Source: Anthoceros angustus
Taxonomy: Eukaryota; Plantae; Anthocerotophyta
Assembly (NCBI GenBank): GCA_010909165.1
Contig: MU008186.1
Location: 558,001-622,000, forward strand
Length of the DNA stretch: 64,000 bases
Reading direction: 5' to 3'
The position numbers and the translations under genes were made by a program. Positions within the stretch are counted from its first letter, which is position 1. Every line of letters begins with the position of its first letter. The notes under the pieces were generated by a model that saw nothing but the letters and a program-made list of their open reading frames with translations, made no database searches and was not told the DNA's origin. This document shows, in pieces, positions 38,203-46,895 of the stretch.

Positions 38203-38768
38203 ATGATGATTACATTGGACTTGCCCCGAGGGTTGAATTTGGATGCAAACTCCAGGGAGTATGACACGCGGCTCAATCGTGAGGAATTTGAGAAGATCAT
38301 AATGACATTCCAGGCATCACAACGTCGAGGTTTTTCGAGTCGGTATTATTCATTCGATGATATGTCCATGGTTCGTGAAGTTTTGCTTGCGGCATGTAAA
38401 GGTGGTGTCATCACGCTTACACAAAACTAATGTGGCACCCTCCAGATAAGTCAGTATGATGCGGTGATTACATCACCAGGCGCAGCTCCTTAAAGCGGGA
38501 TTATGCCTCAAGATTTCTCCCTCAAAGGAGGATGTTATGAATGACTGCGGAGGGTTGACAACTTGCTTTCTTGAGAAGGTCATGGAACATAAGCTATGTT
38601 ACAACACAGATGATAGGGTGGTTTCCTACGAAGCCCATTAGATTGTTGAGGAAGTTGATTGAGCTGTACACAATGGAAGGCGAGTGGGTCCTAGATGGAT
38701 GTGCAAGATCTGGTTCGGGTATGGTAGCGACCCTCAAGTCGCAATGTCATTTCGATGACGTAGATCCC
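38203..38768 (+). pseudogene. Beta-class amino (N6A/N4C) DNA methyltransferase domain remnant
   Basis: ITLDLPRGLN at 38218 (motif IV position, DPPY-like), then LMWHP, then KPIRLLRKLIELYTMEGEWVLDGCARSGSGMVATLKS (38631-38768). The last matches motif X/I KPxxLLxxLIxxxTxxGxxVLDPFxGSGT; AGA is one base from GGA, giving CAGSGS. Confidence 0.72.
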
Positions 38769-40684
38769 AGCAAAGGTGCAATTCATTCATGGCTCAATCG
38801 ATGGACAAGCGCCAAGCGAGGAGGAGGAGGTGGGAGATGTTGGCGGGTATGCACCCAAGACGTGCGACAAAGAGCCCATGGTGAACACATCGCGGAGGCG
38901 AGGTTGTTTTGTGGGTCCGGCGGTGCAAGACAAAGAGGCTGCACAGTTGGAGGCGTGTCAGATCTACTTACGACTGGTGTTGTAGGACATGTGTCGACAA
39001 ATGCAGGGGAAGTTAGTGAGAAAGGCGCAGTGCACATTGGCGAGATGGCTGGAGAAGAGGGTTTTGCTGCAACATTGGGGGGGGCTGATGTAGAAGAGGT
39101 CCATCCCCTTGAGACGGCGACCGAGAAGTATGATGGCCAAATTGACTCTCCAGACAGCGCCTGGGTGGACAGCCAGAAAAATCTTATGGCATATGAATCT
39201 GAGATTGGTAGAGAGGTGTGAGGGCTAGGAAATCTGCAGACGACCAGTTTGGTTGCTTTTTGTGTTGGACTCCAAACATTGTGAGACAACTTGTGTTGTA
39301 GACAACGGCCCCCAAGTCTTGCACAACCACAGTGATAAAGGCTATTGTGTCCATGGTGTCCCATTGATCTAAGCTCGCTTGACCATTTTTTCATTCACGA
39401 TGGTCGCTTTCGCATGGTACAAACATCGGCGCACAATAGCCATCATCGATGCATGCATATCCTTCAATCGAACACCGGAAAGGGGAGCGAACTACGTCCG
39501 CCCAATCTACATGCACCGCACGTTGGCGACATTGGTGTGCAGGTTGTCCCCTGCGAGATTGAGGCGTGGAAGGCGGTAGTGGCACCCGATTCGAGCCTCA
39601 TCCGTGAAGTGTCGAGACCTTATCGAATTGCAAATCGCATATATGGCGGGCGCTTATAACCGAATAGCGAAATGCATTGCTATAAAATTCGGTCAACATA
39701 CACCGAAGTGCATTGTGGTGGAAAGCCATCATGGCGGGTGAATCGCGGACATGATGAATGCATTCATCATATGCATGTAAAGAGATGTCGACACGATGCA
39801 TGGAATGACCGCATTGACCCCGCAATTGTAAATAGATTCGCATGGTGTGTCCGAAGGCCAGCTACGAAGTTGAGATTTCATCAATTTCAATTGCAACCTC
39901 GGGCTGCACTAAAATGGATTCATACCATTCGCACATTTACCGGATGTCCGGGGTCATATAAGAACATTGCATTGTGCCTCGCTCCTTTTTTTCTAGTCAG
40001 TTTATGGTCGTGTAAACTCATTTTGTGGACATCTTTTTTATATCCATTATGTGCGGCCTATAAATTGCATGTATCTGTCTTCAAGAATTGGCAGTTGTTT
40101 TATGAGAACTTGGAGGAGTGTAGACCATGTGAAGGTCTTATTACCTTAAAACCAGTGAAATGCATGGTTTCATTCTTAACGTCACATCTTTATCATGCAA
40201 TTTTTTTCCTAAATTTTGAAAATTATGAAATTCAGGCTTTTTCGTTTCCAGGCCCCAAATTTCACCCCCTCAAAACCAGAGACGAGGAGCCGTCTCCAGG
40301 TCTTAGGAGACCTTGTTGAATCGGTTCAGGTGAAGACGTGGAAGGTACCGACAACGAAAGGAAGGAGGTCGTCGGGGAAGAGCTAGTGTATCAGAGGGAG
40401 AGCGAGTCGGAGCTACCACACCATGAGCGGGGTTTAAATCGAGTTGCAGGCCCGGGATCGCTCCGTCGTTGGAACTTTCGCAGTGGTGGATCCACCTCCA
40501 CAACAAGTGAGACAGAGAGTGAGGAAAGCGGAGTGGGCAATGGTGAATTTTCTGCATGGTCCGAGGATCTTGCAGAACGGCTTGATCGAATCAGTGTTCA
40601 ACTCACGACCTTGGGGAATTCATCTAGCGGGGATATCGCATCAACATCGTACCCTAGTCTGCTAAGACATACCGCAGGGCGCCG

Positions 40685-41548
40685 TTGATCAATTCACCGC
40701 AAAGAAGAGAAGGGAATGCGAGTACATCGAGATCCTTTGGGCTGAGCATCATGAGCGGAACCGGAGGACATGGAGGATTGCCACAACCCCACAGTCGCCA
40801 GCAATATGTCAAGTTTGGGGAGAAGAAGAAGGGCGACGATGCGGAAGCATTTGTCAAGACTTTTGAACATGTATCTCATGCCAATTTGGAGGATACGGTC
40901 GATGACCGGCTGCGTATCTTTCCTAGGCTGCTCAGGGGGCACGCTCAGCAGTGGTACAGCAGAACTTACGGTGCAAGTGCGCCAATGGATTGGGATGCTT
41001 TGAAAGTCGCGTTTCTGAATCGTTTTCGAGGACTCAGTTATGCACATCACACCCTAGCAAAATTGAGAACCCTCCGTAGGAAGAAGAGGGAATCCTTGTT
41101 CAATTATGTTGAACTATTCTACGGATACTTGGATCGAGTTCCGAAGTGTACGTCAGTGACCCCAGGAAACCCTCCCACATCCGGGTACTCACAGGAACAA
41201 GCGTTGGACTGGTTTGTGAGTGGGTTGTCTAGAAAGATGGAGGTACACTGCAGGCGCGGGACTAAAACGTTGGCTGGAGCAATCCGTTTGGCAGAAGAGT
41301 GGGGGTCAGCCGAGTTGGGAAGGAGGAGGAAAACGAGGCGGAGTCATAAGAAGAGAAAGGGGACCAGGAGGTCCAGCTCTTCCTCTTCTTCCTCATCCGC
41401 ATCCACCTCATCACCTTCTTCTAGAAGTGAGGAGGGTGGTACCCAGGAGAGCTCTACGACAGATGAGGAATCCGAGAAAGCTTACGAACGACGCATGCGG
41501 AAGGACTTGGAAAAGGTTAAGAAACGGGTGGAGGAAGCGGTAATCTAA
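40685..41548 (+). mobile_element. Ty3/gypsy-type gag (Retrotrans_gag), truncated, no pol
   Basis: 287 aa ORF with DAEAFVKTFE...RLRIFPRLLRGHAQQWY...DWDALKVAFLNRF...QKRESL-like and FVSGLS motifs; Ser/Lys-rich tail. Confidence 0.8.
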
Positions 41549-43830
41549 CACCCCCTTAAGCCTGCAGCATCGAACGGCAGTCCGGGCGTGGTGATGACCG
41601 ACGGCCTGTGAGAACCATGTCAAGACAAGCGCCCATAGGTGTCACTTGACGTCGGTTGTTACACTCGATTGGCGTGGCTAAGATTGTTAAGATGGCCTCC
41701 CACATCGCCACAAGCCCGGGTTATCGAACTCTTCCTCTTGGTGAACTGCTCACCGCTTGGCCAAGACCAAGCAGAGCAAGCGTGCTCACTCACCGGCTGT
41801 GGAGCGCCCTAAGAGGAGAAGGAAGGAGGAGCAGGCTGACTGAACACGCAATCCTGAAAGCAAGAGGGAGGATGACTCGGACAGCTGGGATTCCCGACAC
41901 ACAATTAGAGCTTATGCCTGCCTTGGTGGGTATAAAATCAGCCTGTCTGTAAGGCTGTGCTGGAAAGCGCCAGAACCAGAGGCAGAGGGAGAAGGGACAG
42001 CTGCAATGGAGGACATGGGGAGCCACGCTAGTCTGCTACTGCCTCTCCAGCGAACAATTGATTTGCTGGAGAAGTTCAAAAAGAGGGAGAAGAGGGAATC
42101 TGAATCTGTCACAAGCAGGTGATTAGATGGTAGTGGAGCTTCATCCATCTGCGTGCAAACTGTGGGAACTAACAGCTGTGCTGGTGGCCTTGTGCAGGGA
42201 GTGACATGACCAACAACAGCATGACAGTAAGAAACGTATCACCACATCAAATCTAAGGACACAGGGCCTCATCCCCCAAACATCCTGTAAGTTATTCTGT
42301 GTGAAAATAGGGCTGGTAGTCAAGTAGCCCTAGTCCTTCCATATGCTTGAAGTGCTTGTCCTTTGGAAGGGCCTTCGTCAAGATGTAAGCTGTGTTATCT
42401 TCGGTTGGGACATAGAGGACCTTGGTTATTCCCCTTTCAGCTGCATCTCTGACATAATGATGGTGTATTTCGATATGCTTTGTGCGCGCGTGGAAACGAG
42501 GATTCGACACGAGAGCTATAGCAGACTGGTTATCACACTTGAGGTGAGTGGGTCCTGCTTGTGTCTGTCCAATATCAGCAAGGAAGGACTGTTAAGTTTA
42601 GTAAGAGTTACATAACCCTAGCCAATAGTCAGGCGAGTTAGGCTAACCTAGCTCGTTAAGCGAACAGTCGCAGCCCTACGAAGGGGTGCCCGGGTCCCCT
42701 ATAAAAGGGCCCCTAACCTATGAATTTTCTAATCTTTTCTAATTCATGCTTCCGCTATTTTCTATACATTAGGAAAGTTCACAAGGACCTTGCCCACTCA
42801 ATTTCCTTAGTGGCATCGGTAAGAGATTTATACTCTGCCTCGGTACTCGATAACGCTATCTCGTTTGCTTTTTGCAGCTCCAACTAACGGCAGCCTGGGC
42901 AAGGAGGAAGACATATGTCGAGAGACTCTTCCTGGAATCGCTATCCAAAGCCCAATCTGCATCTGTGAAGCCATGTAAGGTAAGTGGGGACTGTCCAATG
43001 TGTTTTAACATAGGCCATAGTAGTGGGTTCCTCGTAAATATCGAAAGATGCGTTTGTTGGCAGTCTAGTGTGCTCGACCTGGATTCTCCAAAAACTCGGA
43101 AATTGTGCTAACTGAGTGTTGGATGTCAGGTCGAGTCCAGTTGCTGACAAAAATCAAGCTACCTACTACATGCCGATAAGGCACATCTGCCATATCTCGC
43201 CTTGTACGCATATCCAGACATTCGTAGTAAGCTTGGCACCTCACCCTACCGGCGACGGTGGTGGGCTTGAAGCATGTTCAACTTATGTAAGATCTCTGCT
43301 ATGTACTTTTGTTGATGGATGATTAGGAGTCTTTCAGATCTGACCCGAAGCAGCTGGAGACCTAAGCAGAACCGAAGATCCCCACTATCAGTCATCTCGA
43401 AAGTCTTGTTAAGAAGACCCTTGACGTGTGCAAGAAGTTCAGTGCTGTTGGCAGCCAGTATTACGTCATCAACATACAGTGCCATAAGGACATAATTGGC
43501 TCCATCTTGCAGGACATATACATTGGAGTCTGCATGCATTGGCGAAAGCCAAGGGACTTCAGTGCTTTGTCACAACGCTTGTACCATCGTTCTGCACTTT
43601 GCTTGAGCCCATAGAGGCATTTGATGAGTAAACATACATAGTCTGGATGTGCAGAATCGACATAGCCTTCTGGCTGCTCCATGTACAACTCTTCTTCAAG
43701 GATGCCATGGAGAAAAGCCGTGCAAACATCCATCTGCTAGAGTTCTAAATCGTGCTCTGCTGCAAGGGCAAGTATAAGCCGAATGGACTAAGCACGGACC
43801 ACAGGTGAGAAGGTTTCATGTGATAGGTTT
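41547..43830 (-). mobile_element. Ty1/copia remnant: partial RT, RNase H, 3' region and polypurine tract
   Basis: ETFSPVV...MDVCTAFLHG...LYGLKQSAERWY...LYVDDVIL (43246-43830); KCDNQSAIALVSNPRFHARTKHIEIHHHYVRD...ILTKAL (42292-42590); minus-strand TTAAGGGGG followed by TGTTAG at ~41547-41562. Confidence 0.85.
42590..43240 (+). mobile_element. Insertion in the copia remnant: LTR-like ~220 bp followed by a degenerate PBS-like site
   Basis: Starts TGTTAAG, contains CCTATAAAAG and gcttccgct, followed by tggcatcgg. It replaces the RT-RNase H connection region. Confidence 0.4.
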
Positions 43831-44040
43831 GCGGTTTGCGATTTGCAGGTCGAGGGACAAGAGGCCAAGTCCCATTTTTCATCAGGCTGTTATACTCGTC
43901 ATCAACAACGAACGTCCATTTTTCTTTATCCGGACCTGTGAATGCTTCTTTCAGTGTGGAAGGCTGTGGGAACTAACGGCACTGGGCAAGGAGGAAGACA
44001 TATGTCGAGAGACTCTTCCCGAACGTGAAAAGTAGCAGGA

Positions 44041-44830
44041 AGCGAGCGGGCGGAGTGAGGGGGCGGGCGGCGAGGGAGGGAGGGAGTGAGCGGGCGGGCG
44101 GCGGGCGAGGAGGCGGCGGCGGTGAGGCGGGCGGGCGAGCGGGCGAGGGAGGCGGCGGTGAGGAGGCGGGCGGGCGGAGGAGGAAGCGGCGGGCGGGCGA
44201 GGCAAGGCGGTGAGGGAGGGAGTGAGCGGGCGGGCGGTGAGGAGGGAGCGAGCGGGCGAGGGAGGGAGCGAGCGGGCGGCGGGCGAGGGAGGGAGCGAGG
44301 CGGCGGTGAGGAGGAGGCAGCGGGCGGGCGGTGAGGAGGGGCGGGCGAGCGAGCGAGGGAGGGAGCGAGGCGGCGGTGAGGGAGGGGCGGGCGGGCGGGC
44401 GAGGGAGGGAGCGAGCGGGCGGCGGGCGGAGGAGGCGGGCGGGCGGTGAGGGAGGGAGCGAGGGGCGGGCGAGGGAGGGAGCGGGCGGGCGTGAGGGAGG
44501 GAGTGAGCGGGCGGGCGGTGAGGGAGAGGGAGGCGGGCGGTGAGGGAGGAGGCGGCGGTGAGGGAGGGGCGGGCGCGGAGGGGCGGGCGGCGGGCGAGGA
44601 GGAGGCGGCGGCGGCGGCGGGCGGGCGCGCGGCGGCGGTGGCGCGGGCGGGCGGGCGCGGGCGGGCGGCGAGCGGCGGCGGCGGCGGCGGCGCGGCGGGC
44701 GGGCGCGGCGCGGGCGGCGGGCGAGGCGGGCGGGCGCGGCGCGGTGCGGGCGGTGGCGCGGGCGGTGAGGGAGAGAGGGAGGGCGGGAGGGAGGAGGGAG
44801 CGGGCGGAGGGGCGGGCAGGCGAGGGCTCG
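44041..44830 (+). repeat. G-rich low-complexity tract built from GGGC/GGGA/GGC motifs
   Basis: About 790 bp almost devoid of T, with very strong G skew on the plus strand. Confidence 0.95.
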
Positions 44831-45324
44831 GCAGTCCTACCGCGGGACCGGCCCGGACGGGCAAGGGCCGGCGGTGGTAGGTGTGCCTCGGGAGGTAGGG
44901 TGGGCGGGTTGGCCGGAGTCCCAGACGGTGTACTGTTGCCTGCTCCAGGGTGGGGCCGGGTTCACGCCGCTAGTGTGCCACCGGAGTCATAGGCGTGTGT
45001 TGCTGTGTGGCGGTGGAATTATTTTTCCGATTTTGTTCGGCCTTTTCGTAGTCGAACCAATGGGCTAATCATCATTGAATTGTTGTGTGCCTCTTGCATA
45101 AGAGGTCCGTTACGAATCATACAATACCGAGGTTATATCAAGGGGGGATAGGCAGTAGAGAGAGGGAAGATGGTTGATGTGGCGTGAGTTGAAGTGGACC
45201 AATTATTTCAAGCAAAAAAAGACCTAATATCGTTGTACCAAAGATTGTGGAGGCAGACGTACTCGTACGCTTAGCCCGTGCATACAAGGCTGCCCGTAGC
45301 GCAAGAATGTAGTTATGTAATGAA

Positions 45325-45497
45325 TAGCTATTTTCAATTTGAACCATGTTTTCAAGTTGTGAGGCTGAACTATTTGCAATAGGTAGCTATTTTCAATTTG
45401 AAACATGTTTTCAAGTTGTGAGGCTGAACTTTTTGCAATAGGTAGCTATTTTCAATTTGAAACATGTTTTCAAGTTGTGAGGCTGAACTTTTTGCGC
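45325..45497. repeat. 59 bp tandem repeat, three copies
   Basis: tagctattttcaatttgaa starts at 45325, 45384 and 45443. Confidence 0.92.
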
Positions 45498-45570
45498 CGT
45501 CTAAAGATTTTCTTAGTACTTTTGAGGGGCATGCATTACAAGATGGACAGAGGTACATCACAAGTAGTTG

Positions 45571-45752
45571 TCTCAGTAAATAGGGTTTAACCCCGCCCTT
45601 GGGTTAATAAATTTAGGGTTATTTATATTTACGTAACTTAGGGTTACACAAACAGTTTTGTATATAAACACACCTTGCCTTTGATTAATTCATTCTTTAT
45701 TTTGTGCACTTGAGAGTTCTATGTACAAAAGCTTCCGCTTATAAAGTTTTCA
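45571..45752 (+). repeat. 5' LTR
   Basis: TC(TG variant)...CA termini, immediately followed by the PBS. Confidence 0.95.
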
Positions 45753-45966
45753 TGGTATCAGAGGAGAATACGATCTAGTGCTGTGATGCTGAATCTCTCA
45801 ATCGCACCTTGCACATAAGCTAGCTCACTCTATCTTAGAGTAGGCTATGTTGTGTGCAAAATGGATTGTAGGCCCTGCATGCTTAGCACTAGGTTAAATT
45901 ATTCTGGAACTAGTTCTGTCTTCTAATCAATAATGCAATTGAAAGTCACTAGAAATTCTCGTCGAT

Positions 45967-46542
45967 ATGACTCGTAGGAACTTCAATCGTCCTCAGCGGG
46001 CTGTTGGGAGTTTCTGCAATCATAGTGCTAGGCATCATACACCTAGTGAGAATTCAGATATCTATCGGGACGAGGCTGATTATCCATCCTCTACCCGGTC
46101 TCAAAGATTAGCTGAATTGATTTTTGAGTCACAGCATACTTCTCACCTTAACAGGAATCAGCGCAGAGCTGAAGACTGGGGGAGATCTGCTGCACATCCA
46201 CGAGAAATTTCAGTGTTAGAAGACAATCACACAATTCGGCACTTGATTTCCAGCCTTCGGACAGAATTCACTACAAGACTTTCAGTCCAGGAAGCAGCAA
46301 TTGCAGAATTGAATTCCAGCATCACAACGATTGGAGCCTTGGCCACAGCAATCCTGCAGCTGGTTCAGCGAGCGGACAATCACATCCTTGGAGAAAATAA
46401 TTGCTTGGCTGATGTTGGAGGGCGATTGGCCTTTTTGCACACACCAAGGTTGACATTGAACACACCGCTACTTTTCGAGGATTGGATTCAATTTACGCCG
46501 CTGGATGTTCTGTGTTGGAGGTTCAACGCGCCTCGTCAGTAA
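45967..46542 (+). CDS. Extra 191 aa ORF in the copia leader, unknown function, predicted amphipathic or coiled-coil segment
   Basis: Uninterrupted ATG-to-stop ORF between the PBS and gag; contains LRTEFTTRLSVQEAAIAELNSSITTIGALATAILQLVQ. Confidence 0.45.
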   Translation: MTRRNFNRPQRAVGSFCNHSARHHTPSENSDIYRDEADYPSSTRSQRLAELIFESQHTSHLNRNQRRAEDWGRSAAHPREISVLEDNHTIRHLISSLRTEFTTRLSVQEAAIAELNSSITTIGALATAILQLVQRADNHILGENNCLADVGGRLAFLHTPRLTLNTPLLFEDWIQFTPLDVLCWRFNAPRQ

Positions 46543-46895
46543 GGGAGGCAGATCCGAGGCGGCCCGATTGCCACGGATTCGGACTGGTTGGCGCCCAGCG
46601 TGTTTAGGCAAAATACAGCGCCTGTCGCAGTGATCACAACCGTTGTCATCATCTGACATGACGGTTGGCGCTACTTAACACCTGTCACCAAACGTTGCAT
46701 GTGAGGAGGCATTTTGCCCTAACTATAGCTTTTCGTATCACTTAAGTTGTGAATGGGTGTCACCCTAACGAAACGTTACTTGAGCATTTAATTACCTCTT
46801 CATGTCGTTTTGGTATGAGTCCGACAGTGATGTTGATGAATCTTCAGATGTTGAGGAGGACTTTCTACAGTCGCTAGCATCCCAATTTCCAGTGT

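Larger units (their letters stand above)
32580..39660 (+). pseudogene. Degenerate multidomain gene: acidic/low-complexity N-terminus, ParB/Srx-like domain, beta-class N6A/N4C DNA methyltransferase domain, Cys-rich tail
   Basis: Domain motifs are detailed in the next two features. All fragments read on the plus strand in a consistent order; continuity as one gene is inferred across frameshifts and duplications. Confidence 0.5.

Noticed and set aside
39751-39770. Perfect 20 bp palindrome atgatgaatgcattcatcat
   Set aside because: It is real but isolated, with no repetition or context that suggests a function.
39672-40319. 215 aa ORF as a real gene
   Set aside because: No recognisable motif, and it runs into AT-rich non-coding-like sequence.
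43926-44992. Long Pro/Ala-rich and Gly/Arg/Glu-rich ORFs as extensin or other proteins
   Set aside because: These ORFs are a by-product of a G/C-only tract lacking stop codons in several frames on both strands.
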